DNA of 63,949 bases, counting the filler, from Kipferlia bialata (taxonomy: Eukaryota): the NCBI GenBank assembly GCA_003568945.1. It is 8 parts of 8 records of this genome, joined end to end, with 100 filler letters (N's around TTAATTAATTAA, not from the genome) between each part and the next. Parts side by side here need not be neighbours in the genome. Positions count along the whole stretch, not along the records: positions 3,849 to 15,024 come from BDIP01001274.1; positions 15,125 to 26,290 come from BDIP01001275.1; positions 26,391 to 37,555 come from BDIP01001276.1; 5 more parts are not named here. The stretch is one strand, 5' to 3'. The position numbers were made by a program, and so were the translations under genes. Below the pieces are notes generated by a model, which was given only the letters and a program-made list of their open reading frames with translations, did no database searches and was not told where the DNA came from. Position 1 is the first letter of the stretch. Each line of letters begins with the position of its first letter. Below are positions 13,515 through 26,695 of the stretch, in pieces.

Positions 13515-15024
13515 GAAGTGAGTGTGTGTGTAAGTCGACGCTAGCCGAGGTTGATGTGGTGTAGGTGTGAACCAGGTATCATAGGCTCTATTGATATGCC
13601 TCTAAGTGTCGGGGGGCGACTATCACAAGAAGAACCTGAGTGAAGGGTGAAGGGAGAGAGAGAGAGAGAGAGCTAGTCCACTATTTTGGGATATGGTGTT
13701 TTGATCATTCCAACGATTGTGGTGGATGTTTCACTCTACAGAGAGAGAGAGAGAGAGAGGGATGAAGAGAGAGAGAGAGAATCATTGTCTGTATGTATCA
13801 GCCGTTATGTGTATTCTACAATTGTACACGTACCAAGTTGTCTGATAAATCAGTGTGAAAAGGTGTATTGAGTATTGATTCGCACTCAATTGTTCTATGT
13901 CTTAGCGACGTAATACTTGGTATATATGAGCTGCACCAACCATACCTCGCACATCACTTGTTTGTGTATGTAGTACATACTATGTACAGCAAAATGACAC
14001 GTGTCATCTTTTGCGGAAATTACCTTACAGTAGAGGACCTCTATCATATGTCCTCAGCATCATGCTGACAGCATGTGATGAGTCTCATCGACACTTAGCG
14101 AAATAGTATAAATACCTACTGATATGATATCAGTAGGTATCATCTGAGGTGGTAGCCTACTGGGCATACTATCAGACAACCCAGAGCAAACTGGGGTGGG
14201 TCTTGAAGCTCTCGTATCCTGAGAGGCTCGAGCTTCCCCAACAACTTGTTGAGGAGAGCGAAAGGTGGGGCAGCGAACCACCGCCTTAGAGAGAGAGATC
14301 AGTTATGCAGCGAGAACATTGTTCCAAATTGGAACTTCCAATCTCTTATATCTTGACTGGGTGGGACAGTGTTGCTGTTGGTATGGTGGCCATACTGTGC
14401 TCATTGGTTATTTAGGGGGCAGTAACCAAGTTTGAGTATTGCTGGCTGCAGTGCGGTGATAGATATCCTCTTTGAGGGTTTCGTATGATACGACACTCCA
14501 CACAGCGACCTATCCGTCAGCATCTCTCAACACCTGGTTCCGGCCGTTCAACCACTTCATTGATTCCTCGTCGCCTTGAGTCACGGGCAAATTGTAACAA
14601 TTAGCCTCATTGTTCTTTGACTTGTATTTCTTCGTCTCCTTGACTTGCTATGGGTGAACTGCCCTGGTACACTGACTGCACAGTGCTAGATGGTATGGAT
14701 TGTAGAGTCAGTGTATACAACACAGTTACTACGTTGAGTCAACATTGTTGACTAGTAATTCCTATGACGTATATATATATATACCCATTGTTGTTCAATG
14801 AGTAGAGGACGAATAACTTCACACTATAGCGTATGTTACATACTATATATATTCTTGTTCATTGTGTTTACAATGTACATGGGTTGATGTTGTAGCTAGC
14901 TGATCCAGCAGTATCACAGGACTCTTCCTTAGGACAGTCACCATACTGTAGTACTTGCCGAAGCCCCTATTTTCGCAAAAATATGGGCCCTATTTTGGAT
15001 GAAATGACCCCCCTTTGGATGGAT

Positions 15025-15124
15025 NNNNNNNNNNNNNNNNNNNNNNNNNNNNNNNNNNNNNNNNNNNNTTAATTAATTAANNNNNNNNNNNNNNNNNNNN
15101 NNNNNNNNNNNNNNNNNNNNNNNN
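15025..15124. other. Artificial contig spacer
   Basis: N44-TTAATTAATTAA-N44. Confidence 0.97.
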
Positions 15125-15187
15125 GCCAGGTCAGGGGGCCATAGATACTAACAATCCCCGCCCACACCCCCCCATTCTCACTGTCAG

Positions 15188-16777
15188 GTTGTGCACATGC
15201 AGCGCCCTGTTGTGATCTCCGGTGCCAGGCCTAGTCCCTCCAAGGGTAGAGAGCCCAGTGTGGGTTACTACGATGACCTGCCTGATACTACAGAGGAGGA
15301 GGAGAGAGAGAAGGAGAGGGAGAGGCAGGTGGCGGCAGAGAGGCAGTATGCGAGAGAGAGACAGGCCGAGGAGGAGAGAGAGAGGGAGAGAGCAGAGATT
15401 GAGAGGCAACAGAGAGAGCGCATGGACAAGGAGAGGAGAGACATCGAGAGAGAGAGAGAACACCGTCAGAGGGAGAGAGAGGTGTACAGACGGAGGCAGG
15501 AGGAGATGGAGCTAGAGAGAGAGAGGGAGAGGGATGTTGTGAGGGTGGCTTCCCCCCGATACCACTCTGTGTCGCAGGACAGGAGACAGTCCCTGGAGAG
15601 GGGGAGGCTGTCGAGGTCAGGCTCCGTCACAGCACACGACATGGGAGAGAGAGAGAGAGAGAGGGCAGCAGCCCCCAGACCCCTGTCTCGCTCTGGGTCC
15701 ATGCAGCCCCAGGAGGGAGAGAGAGAGAGAGAGAGGGCCAGGGAGGGTGGCAGGGTGAGCCGTGTTGTGAGGGAGTATGAGCTGAGGGACATAGAGGTGG
15801 ATCCCTCAGCTGTCGCCGACAGACGCACCAGGCGTGCCCCCCTCCCCCTCCCCTCCCCTGCGCGTCCCCTTGCCTCCCCTATGAGGCAGGCGAGTGTGGT
15901 GAGTGCCAGCCAGGGTAGGCAGGACAGAGAGAGAGAGAGGGGGAGGGAGTCCCCTGCTGTGTACAGGGTCAACCCCGCTGATGACTATGGGCACAGACGA
16001 TCCATCTCCAGGGGACCATCCGTGGAGAGGAGAGACACGGCACAGGTGGACGAGGAGAGAGAGAGAGAGAGGGTGAGACCAGCTGCCCTCGACGTATCAG
16101 ACTCTGAGGGTAGGGAGCAGGAGGGAGAGAGAGACCCTAGACCAGAGGCAGGGGCAGGGGATCGGGAGAGAGAGGCTGACCGTGTGAGCGTCTCAATGGG
16201 ACGCCAGGGGGAGGTGAGCATACCGTTGGATATGATTGATTTATGTGTGTATTGAGTCATTCCTAATAGTCTCCTTTGACCTCCCCCCTCACTTCAGCCC
16301 TCTGAGATCGAGGTACCCGACAACATCCTATCCTTCGTCATGTCTCAGCCGGCAGACCCCATACCCCTCCCAGGTAGGGAGAGTTCCGTTTTGTATATAT
16401 GTATATATGTATATATGTATATACAATATGGTTCATTGAGCATTTCTCAATGAACGTTGTAGCATATACGTGTCTGCACTGTTGTAGTCATCCATACCCA
16501 TGGTGTGTACTGACTACAGGCAGCAGCAGGCCAGACAAGGAGGACAGGGGGAGAGAGAGAGACAGAGACAGCAGAGGGAGAGGGAGAGGCAGGGGTGATG
16601 GTGCCGGGTTCTCTGATGTGTCTGGAAGGTGAGTATGGTTGGGTGTATGTATTCCTCTCCTTTGTGGTATATTGTTATCTCATCACTCACCTCAGCGTTG
16701 GTGTCGAGAGGTCTGTAGAGCCCCTGGTCCAACGTGCCATTCGCACCATTCCCCCAACCCCACCTAGATGGGAGTAG
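15188..16777 (+). CDS. Glu/Arg-rich low-complexity hypothetical protein, 3' part (4 exons)
   Basis: Acceptor TCTCACTGTCAG before 15188, open exon to 16213 (ORF 15191..16255), three further short exons in phase, stop at 16775-16777. Confidence 0.65.
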
Positions 16778-17342
16778 AGTCAGCACTGACAGAGAGAGTG
16801 GTGTCACATTGGGAGACAGAGAAGTGTAAGAGTTATGCCCAGTCGTTGTATTAGTTGTGTGGAGGGTAGAATTAGACCCAGTTGAGTTCAATAGAATAGA
16901 TTCCGAGTGTCACGCATTCATAGATCTAGTGTATTAACACTGGTGTTGTTGGATAGAACTCATTATTACAAGTAGATCGGCTGACAGCATATATATTGAC
17001 TCAAGGCTGTTTGGGACCACGACGCTTAGATCAATACTCCGTCATTGCTATACACACACCATGAATAGGACAAGAACTACCGCTTACAACTCATTAATCT
17101 ATCATTAATCTAACACACGAAGGCGCAACACCGTCTCCATCAGCACTACACTGATAGAGGGAATATACACCCATTCAGCCGCTTGGCCAATTACTAATTC
17201 TGATGTCCACTTAAGGACTAACGGACACACTTTGGATACACATACACTAGAGACTGCCAATCAGTGACAGAATCCTCAACCACTCTCCATCTCCCTGGTC
17301 ACTGCAGGGCATCACCCCCTCCGTCACTTCTAACCCCACTAC

Positions 17343-20254
17343 TCAGCGACGCTCTGCACATATAGCCTCCAGGGCCTCGCATATGGCCTGGGCCTCAGCG
17401 GGTGTCTGCGCCCCTATCACCCTCTGCAGCAATGTGGATGTCAGAGCATGGCACCGGCTGATGGATGCCAGGTGCGGCTGGGGTGGGGGGGCTCTCTGTC
17501 GCTCTCCCTGGTTAGGAATGGAAGGTGGGGACGGGACCATAGGCTCAGCAAGAGTCACGTCACCCTTGCCACTGCCTCCGGGTGCCTCTCCACCAGACAC
17601 CCCCCTGGCGACAAAGGCCACCTTAACCTGGGCAGAGGTATCTACATGGCCAGGGGCCTGGGGCTGTGATGAGGGCTCCTGCTTAGGCTGCACATTGACT
17701 AGCGTGCCATCGTCAGCTGCCCGCAGCACACTCTCCCTGGCAAAGGACCACCCAGGCTGACCCACCCTCAGGAAGAACGAACGGAGGCTGCCCCGGTACT
17801 GGGTCCAGTACCTGTGCAGACACGTGCTAGGGGTGAGAGGTAGAGAGAGTGTGAAAGAGTAAGTTAGGACCACACCCCATACCTGCTGTGTACGTTGTGC
17901 TGCACCGCTGTCTTGTCCTTGCCCACCCTCTTCTTCTGGTTGGAGATGGACGTGATGTACGACTTGCCCCCCTCGTTCTTACGGACATGCAGCTCAGCCG
18001 CACACCCATGGGTGGCACACCGCAGGATGAACTTGGTGCCCCTGCCACTGGGGTGGGGGGGGGAGTAGGGGCAAGGGTAATGTAGATTACTGTCACTGTG
18101 AATATAGAGGTCTGGAGTGACTATGAGAGACAGTTCGAGGGACACAGCGGGGTGGTCTTAGAAGAACGTACCCGTTAGCCCTACATACCCATGTCTGGGG
18201 TGTGTGGGAGTTGGCAGCAGCCACTAGCTCTTCCCTGTCGGTTAGTGACACATTCACACCCATGGAAGATATAGAACACTGTGTGACAATGCTACTGCAT
18301 GCTCTTTCGATATTGCAACATCAGCCAGTAACCACGATATCAATCCATACCTTGAGTCGAACTTGTGTCTGAACAGGTGGGACGGAATGCCACTAAAGTT
18401 GGCACCCCTGGGTGTCAGAGACAGAGGGAGTTATATGTCAACAATAGAGACACACATACCACCGTACCTGTTAATCTTCTGTGCCGCCACTTCCACTATG
18501 GTCTGGATCAGCCTGGGTTAGGGGGGGAGAAGAGACTCCACATGCCAGAGTGTAGAGGTACAATAATCATGATCAACATACATACCTGTGCTGATCAGAG
18601 TCGTCGGTCTGGGTGAGGGGAGGGGAGGGTGCATACTCACCCAGCCCCACCTGGGAGGGCCGACGTGCAGAGGAGGCAGATACAGATGCAGATGCCGAGG
18701 CTGGTGGTACAGAGACTGAGTCTGACTGCACTGGTACCGATAGAGAGGCAGAGGCAGACACAGACACAGAGGTGTGTGCAGACTGGGATGGGTCAGTCAC
18801 ACCCTGGGCATCCCCTCCTTGCACTATGGCACCTGTAGTGGTAGTGGTAGGGTGGGCATTCTCCGGCCCAGGTGTGGACCTGCTCCCCCCCAGCACACTG
18901 TGCCCTGCCTTGGGTGTATCAATGACAGCACCAGAGACAGTGCCAGTGACACCAGAAGGAGAGGGGTCCCTGTGCCCTGCATGTCCTGATGGATGCATGG
19001 GTGTATCACCAGAGGATGTAGACGCCACTGCTATGGGGGGGAGTGAGGCACCACCTGCAGAGGGTAGGACAGCCCCACTCCCATCGACTTGGGATACACC
19101 CTGGGGTGGGGGTCTCTTGGCCCTTGGGGAGGGCGGGTACTGCTGTGTACCATGCACTGTCTCTCCATGTCCTACACTCCCATCAGAGTCCTGCCTTGCA
19201 AGTCCCATATCATGGGAGACAGAGATTGGAAGCACTCTCTCCCTATCCCTGTACTTGAGTGTGTCCTGGGCGGGTAGCGACCGAGACTCCACTCTATGTG
19301 GGGAGTGGTGTATGGTATGGGACGCAGGTGGGGGCAGGGGGACAGATGCGGCAGAGGGTGTGTGGGCAGACACATCATGAGGGGACATCATGGAAGTAAT
19401 GCCCGGATACCTGGCCATTCTCTCCCTCTCCCTCTCCCTCTCCCTCTCTCTGTCTCTCTCCCACGGCAGGTTGTGGGTGGGTATGGTGTGGTACGGCACA
19501 GGTCCTCCCCTGTACTCCTTTCCCCCGTGCAGTGGGGGCACCCTAGGCAGGGCCGCAGGGGACATAGGTACATGGGGGACAGAGGCAGACGGCAGGGCCT
19601 TGCGCACCTTGGTGGCTGGGGGGTCAGGCAGGGAGGAGGAGGAGGGGGGGGGGAGTACATGACGTGCCACCTAATCCCATACACAGCCATATATACATCC
19701 GCACCTCCGTCTCTGAGCAGCCTGACACAGTTGGGGCAACAGGGCGGGGTGAGGTGCACCCCAAACACATCGGTCAGGTCACTCACATCGGCGCAGCAGT
19801 GAGGGTGGAGCTGGCCAGCACACTGAGGGCAGAGAGAAAGAGAGACCACAAAACAAGATAGGATTGACCTGGAACCAAAGTGTCCATATATATATATAGA
19901 TATAGGACTCACCTGGGTGCATATGGCTGTTGCCTTCTCGTCTCCATCCAGGCCGTCTAGAATACACACGGCACACCTGGGGGTTAGAGGGAGAGTACCA
20001 AGATATATAGAGCACATGGTTCCCACTCACCAGTCGTCACTCTGGATGCTATACATCTCATCCTCGGGTGGGCCAAGGGCATGGTGGAGGCCAGGCAGGC
20101 GCTGTGCCCCTGCACTGATGCTATGCCGGGGGACACCGACCCTGGCCCCACCCCTGTCTAGGTCTGTATGGCCATGGGCAGATTGGGACCCATGCTCTGC
20201 TACGCTCTTGGGGGGCTGGCTCGCCTGAATCACACCGGGAGCCGGGTGATTCAT
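17343..20254 (-). CDS. Hypothetical nuclear protein with an N-terminal B-box-like Cys/His cluster and a WRKY-GCM1/MuDR-like zinc finger
   Basis: Spliced exons give CAVCILDGLDGDEKATAICTQCAGQLHPHCCAD, a long Pro/Ser-rich linker (ORF 18573..19670), then KFILRCATHGCAAELHVRKNEGGKSYITSI...HNVHSSTC; one acceptor (near 19671) is atypical. Confidence 0.55.
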
Positions 20255-20865
20255 GGGCCTCCCGTGGGTATCTCTCTCACGGGCACTATTATGGTTGTTG
20301 ACTGGCCTGGAGTGCTATTCAAAGAGGGCGTTACACTAAGCTGGGATCGTTGTTAGAAAATAGACATTAGATTAAGGCTGCTTGTGGCAACCTACAAAAC
20401 ATGCCTTTCCTTGCAAGTCGCACACATGACAGCCCTCCCGACCGATGCTTCTGATATGCTACAGACCCTGGCCTGCAGGGTATGGTTTATATATGTTCAT
20501 GTTTGGGTATATGGTGCAGACTCTTGTATTACCGAGTATGGTGATAGGAAAAGGCATATATATACACACCTATTCTTACTAGTCACCGCACTGGGAGCAT
20601 CATGGTACACTGTTGCCCTTCCCTTGTATATACCTATAGTACAATAGTCACTTTGGATGCCGGTTCTACTACGTGTTTTCTGACATTAAAGTGGTCACTC
20701 AAACTGGAACTGATGTACCAATGTATACAATGATAGATACAGCTTCTATATACCTGTTTACATGTAGTATTTGAGCGTTAGGAGAGTGGGAGAGGTATAC
20801 GGGTGTATGTATGTGCATGGATATGTGATATTGCAATACCATCGTTGTTTCCTCCCCACCCCAGG

Positions 20866-21233
20866 ATGTGCTGAAGCAGCTGACCGAGGTCCATGGTGCC
20901 GACTCCCTTGTGTGGTCCATCTTCCTCAGGCTCCTCGAGATCCCAAGGTATGTACAAGGGTATATGTATATATATGAATATATATATATGTATATACGAC
21001 ATGTCCATCAGTGTGAGTTGTGGACGTCTCTCTGAGCCGCTCACGTTTGCATAGTTTGCATTCGTCCATTGTGCTCTCTTTCCCCCTACTCTACCCGTCA
21101 GTGTGGTCTAGTGTCACTTCAGCATCTGATCTATATTATGTAGCCATCCCCCTCTATGATCTGATGCGTCAGGGCCTCTGGCAACCCGACCCAGATCATC
21201 CCTGGCATAGTGGCCATGATCAAGAGGATGACA
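20866..21233 (+). CDS. Two exons of a hypothetical protein, interrupted by an assembly gap
   Basis: DVLKQLTEVHGADSLVWSIFLRLLEIPR|ASGNPTQIIPGIVAMIKRMT with consensus splice sites. Confidence 0.4.
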
Positions 21234-21353
21234 GGTGGGGGCAGGCGGTGGATGGGGTGTGTATAGTCAGTGTGTTGATGGGTGCATTGTGTATAACCCC
21301 CCCCCCCCCCCCCCCCCCTCCCCCCCCCCCCCCCCCCCCCCCCCTCCCCCTCC

Positions 21354-22168
21354 NNNNNNNNNNNNNNNNNNNNNNNNNNNNNNNNNNNNNNNNNNNNNNN
21401 NNNNNNNNNNNNNNNNNNNNNNNNNNNNNNNNNNNNNNNNNNNNNNNNNNNNNNNNNNNNNNNNNNNNNNNNNNNNNNNNNNNNNNNNNNNNNNNNNNNN
21501 NNNNNNNNNNNNNNNNNNNNNNNNNNNNNNNNNNNNNNNNNNNNNNNNNNNNNNNNNNNNNNNNNNNNNNNNNNNNNNNNNNNNNNNNNNNNNNNNNNNN
21601 NNNNNNNNNNNNNNNNNNNNNNNNNNNNNNNNNNNNNNNNNNNNNNNNNNNNNNNNNNNNNNNNNNNNNNNNNNNNNNNNNNNNNNNNNNNNNNNNNNNN
21701 NNNNNNNNNNNNNNNNNNNNNNNNNNNNNNNNNNNNNNNNNNNNNNNNNNNNNNNNNNNNNNNNNNNNNNNNNNNNNNNNNNNNNNNNNNNNNNNNNNNN
21801 NNNNNNNNNNNNNNNNNNNNNNNNNNNNNNNNNNNNNNNNNNNNNNNNNNNNNNNNNNNNNNNNNNNNNNNNNNNNNNNNNNNNNNNNNNNNNNNNNNNN
21901 NNNNNNNNNNNNNNNNNNNNNNNNNNNNNNNNNNNNNNNNNNNNNNNNNNNNNNNNNNNNNNNNNNNNNNNNNNNNNNNNNNNNNNNNNNNNNNNNNNNN
22001 NNNNNNNNNNNNNNNNNNNNNNNNNNNNNNNNNNNNNNNNNNNNNNNNNNNNNNNNNNNNNNNNNNNNNNNNNNNNNNNNNNNNNNNNNNNNNNNNNNNN
22101 NNNNNNNNNNNNNNNNNNNNNNNNNNNNNNNNNNNNNNNNNNNNNNNNNNNNNNNNNNNNNNNNNNNN
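21354..22168. other. Intra-scaffold assembly gap (others at 6282-6351 and 34025-34044)
   Basis: Runs of N without the linker. Confidence 0.97.
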
Positions 22169-22300
22169 CTCTCACTACAGGACATGGTATCCCCCCCCCC
22201 CCCCCCCCCACACACACAGACACACACTGATTTAGCCTTCCTGGTCCTCTCTTCGCTCTCTCTCTCTTTCCTCCCCCTCCTCTATCTCCCCCCACCCCAG

Positions 22301-22686
22301 GAGTGACACCTACATCATGCACCCAGCAGACAATGCCTCATCCATCAGCCTAAAGTGCACAGGTGTCACACAATATGCATCATATGTATAGTATTACTAT
22401 ACAACATACGTGTCGACATCCCTTCATGCCAGGTTCCACCCTCAGCAGTGACTATCTTGTTGCCTACACTGCCAACTGTGACAGCAGTGGATATCCAACA
22501 ACGGTATGGCATATGAGTAGTATCATATCATTATCATATCTACACCCTTGTTGCTGCAGTATTCTCTCTCTCTTCTCTTCTCTCACATCAGTACACCGGC
22601 TCGCAGCAGGTCGCCTATGCCTCAGGCACCATTGGAATCGATGGGTATGGTTGATACTGTCCATGTGTCTCTTGTATAGGTATATC

Positions 22687-22717
<31 letters not shown>

Positions 22718-25700
22718 ATCATATGTATACTAGAATGTATTCTGACCCAGGGAGTCTGACCTCCTCCTCCAAGCGTAAGCATACAAAGTACATAAGTATT
22801 TCTCTATATGTATTCATATGAGGAATATGTATACATAGTATGAGTCTATGTAGTCTCATCTCAGGGAGTACAGTCTGACCTCCTCCTCCAAGGACTGTGT
22901 CTATGTCAAGTTCAGAAGCTCATACTCGAGGTAGACATTATATAGTATGTATGTATATAAATACATGTATATATTGACTAATGCGAGGTATTATACTTAA
23001 TGTCATATAGTATACGTATATAGACTATATGCACTGTGTCTCGGTCAAGTTCAGAAGCTCATACTCGAGGTATAGTACTGTATGTATCTTGTGTATTTAC
23101 AGAGAGATACTAAAGAGTATATGTATAGTGTATATGTAAGTATCTCAAGTTCAGAAGCTAATACTCGAGGTAGATAGTATATTGCACTTGTATATTGTAT
23201 ATAATTATGTATTTATATAATAATGTATTTATACATAGACTAATGCACAGCTACTCTGAGTACAGACAAACTACAGCTTACTTGTTGGGAGACTGCCCCC
23301 CCCCCCCCTTCCCTTATCTGACCCCAGCATGTATGGCTCCCACGGTGACTTCCAGTGCGACTGGGCTGCAGGTATGAGTATCAGTATAGTATATTATAGT
23401 ATTTATATATGGTATCTATATATCTATAGACTAATCTGCAGCTGGTGCCTTCACCCCCCAGACCACCCTGTCAGGCACCTTTGGACCAGAGGACTATGAC
23501 ATCAACAGGTACGTGACACGGCTGGTATAGATAGTGTGTGATATAGGTTTAGTACGGATAGTATTTGTGTACACAATGCATACATAATTATATAGGTATA
23601 TATATAGATTCGAACCAGAGGACTATGACATCAACAAGTACGTGACAGATATATATACAATACATACACACATATGTCTATATCTATAGAGAGAGAGAGA
23701 GAGAGATTCGGACCAGAGGACTATGACATCAACAAGTACGTTTATATACGTGTATGTATATATGTGTGTGTTTATATATATGCACTAGCATTGTATGGAG
23801 AGACGGTATTATTATTTCTCCCTCACCTCAGGTACGAGAAGTATGTCGTGCACCCCGGTGACATGGCCTCGGCCAATGTGACATGCACCGGCAAGATGAA
23901 CCAGAGCAGTGACGAGTTTGAGGTAATAGTCTCATACACACAGGAATATGAAATGATTCTCATTACACTTGAACGTATATGCATGACTTCGGGTACTTAT
24001 ACGTGTCCTAGAAGATGAACCAGAGCAGCGACGAGTTTGAGGTACAAACAATGTATATGCGTCTATATAGGAAGTGTCTATCACTCTCACATATTACTAT
24101 GTATCTATAAATAACTATATATATCTATGTAACTATATATATATCCAACTCTGCCCCTCTCACTCCCAGCTCTACAAGGCCTCATGTGATAGCAGTCACG
24201 ACACATCACAGGCCACTCTGGTGGTGTCAGCTGATAGGGAGATCAGGTATAATTCACATATGTGTTAGACATGTATATTCATATAGCCTACATATATGTG
24301 TATGATATTCACTACACTATACTCTCAAGTCAAAGGGAGATCAGGTATAGAGAGTATACTATACACATGAGTGCAACTAGTAGAGTATCACACTACTATA
24401 CACTAGTTTCTGTGCTGATAGGGAGATCAGGTATACAATTATGAGTGTACCTGAGGTCATATACTACACACTACACTACTCGACTACCCTCTGACTTCAG
24501 TATCGATGAGTCCCTAACCTTTGAGGGTTCCCTCAACTGCTTCTATGTCATATGGAGGACCAAGAACAACAGCTACAGAGACTACGGCAACCTACCCACC
24601 TGCACCTACCAGGCAAGGGACTCCAGTATTAGTATCAGTATATACAGATATATAGATATATGTAGCTACTGATACTTCCAGGCGGTGGACTCCAATGGCA
24701 ACACCAGTGACTCTGAAGACGACAACGGTGACGACGACGACACCAGTGACCCAATCGACCCTAGTGACATCAACCCAATGTTCCTGCTCGTAGGTACCTA
24801 ATGTATCAACTGTATCTACTGTATATGGAATGCTACCCTCTCTCTGTTAGATAGAACATATATATACAGTACATATATACTTCTTGATCCACATATATAG
24901 ATGGATCCGGTGTTCTTGGTGGCTGGTAGGAGCCATGGACTGTGTCCCAAGGTCCCAACAATCCCATATACACATTATATATACATTCGGGTGTGTGTAT
25001 ACTATTACTTTCTTCTATGGTTCCTGATAGCAAGTACGTACAAACATCCAGATACATACACATATATACATGTTTATAGCACTTAACACGCCACATCACT
25101 CTTGTTTCTCATCCCAGGCGGTCTCCTCGTCCTGTGCATTCTCCTCAGCATATGCGTCTGTGTGTGTAACAAGCATGAGGAGGAGGAGGAGGAGGGGGAG
25201 GAGGAGGAGGAGGAGAGTGTACAGTGCGTGAGTCACTCCCCTAGTATACCTAGTATGCCTAGTATGCCTAGTATGCCTGGTGTCCAGACTGGGGTTACTG
25301 CCACTCAGCCATCTGGTGTGGCCATGTCACCAATGGGTAACATGTCACAAGTGACAACAGGCATGGGTACAATGGGTGGGCAGGTGAGAACAATGTCCAG
25401 ATACACAGGGTAGACATCTCTCTCACGCAGAGTATCCGCCTCAACCTGACCACAGTAAGACTTCTTCTCCAGCCTCTCTCACCCCTGTTATGTTGAACTC
25501 CTTCTCTCTCTCTCTCCCCCTCCTTTACCCCCAGTTGACCCCTGCCATGTTATACTCTTTCTCTCTCTCTCTCTCTCCCCTCTCCTCCCTTACCCCCAGC
25601 TGACCCCTGCCATGCTGGACTCCATGTCCTCCCAGCAGCTCCAGATGCAGCTCTACATGCAACAGATGCAGATGCAGCAGGTAGAGTGACATATATATAT

Positions 25701-25937
25701 AGAGAGAGAGAGAGAGAGATGCAGCAGATGCAAATGCAGCAGGTACAGTGACATATATTGTATATACACATTTGTATGGAGAGAGAGTGAAGTCTGATGC
25801 ACCAGATGTACAGGATGTCCATGAACCAGGGCATGATACATCCAGTGCAGCAGTCTACGGGTGTTAGCAAGGTAGAGACAGCGGTAGAGGTAGAGGCGCA
25901 GCTGCCAGGAGGGGTGGAGGCAGTGGAGAGTGTGTAG
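22301..25937 (+). CDS. Type I membrane protein: CUB-like extracellular repeats, acidic linker, one TM helix, Met/Gln-rich tail (5'-truncated)
   Basis: Spliced DCVYVKFRSSYS, TTLSGTFGPEDYDINRYEKYVVHP, NCFYVIWRTKNNS; TM MFLLVGGLLVLCILLSICVCVC; tail MQQMQMQQMYRMSM; stop at 25935-25937; one exon phase near 23250-23330 unresolved. Confidence 0.6.
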
Positions 25938-26290
25938 GCTCTCCACTATACTAGACTCTAGCTGCTAGACTCTAGGCACCCCGATGGGTGAGGGAGCGAA
26001 TTAGTCATCTAGGTAATCTCCCACATAACTCGAGGAACTGGAGTGCCACTCCAGTATAGTATGTGTGGATGAACATCCCTCCGCTATCATGTTTTATAAC
26101 TTAGTCAATAGAGAGGTTCGAATTGGGGTAAGACTGTGAATACGTCGAACTTTTCATTAAGTGTAGAGTTCTGAACTATGACCATGATACTCGGCCTAAT
26201 ATCATGATACTATTAGCTAATAGGGCAAGTATAGTCGATTTATTGGAGTGGACCCTTTTGCCAAAAAGGCAGAGTCCAACCCTAGTCGAT

Positions 26291-26390
26291 NNNNNNNNNN
26301 NNNNNNNNNNNNNNNNNNNNNNNNNNNNNNNNNNTTAATTAATTAANNNNNNNNNNNNNNNNNNNNNNNNNNNNNNNNNNNNNNNNNNNN
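26291..26390. other. Artificial contig spacer
   Basis: N44-TTAATTAATTAA-N44. Confidence 0.97.
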
Positions 26391-26695
26391 GCAATGAAAT
26401 CAGATAAACCCCTAATCAAACACGTAATCCTCCGACGGAAAAGTATTATTATTTATATATGTAAGGAAAGTAGCTGCCGTTAAATTAACGGCGTTAATGT
26501 CACTTGTCCCCAGTGGGGACTCCCCACTATAACTACGAAGTCGTATATCTCAATTTATGAGTGTGTGCTTGACGACGATTGTGATTTGTCAGTGATGGAA
26601 CCTAATCTCAGGAGCTGAGTTTGGATCCAGCTCTGATAGGGATAGCGGGTACACTCAGAGCACTAGCGCAGAGTGTTGTTACTAGACAGGCTTAC

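Noticed and set aside
14510..14650. Possible minus-strand terminal exon (QVKETKKYKSKNNEANCYNL...)
   Set aside because: Short, no recognisable homology and no supporting neighbouring exons identified
26232..26290. Possible MITE: TAGTCGAT direct repeat flanking an imperfect hairpin at the contig end
   Set aside because: The inverted repeat is weak, occurs once in the window and abuts the spacer; not supportable
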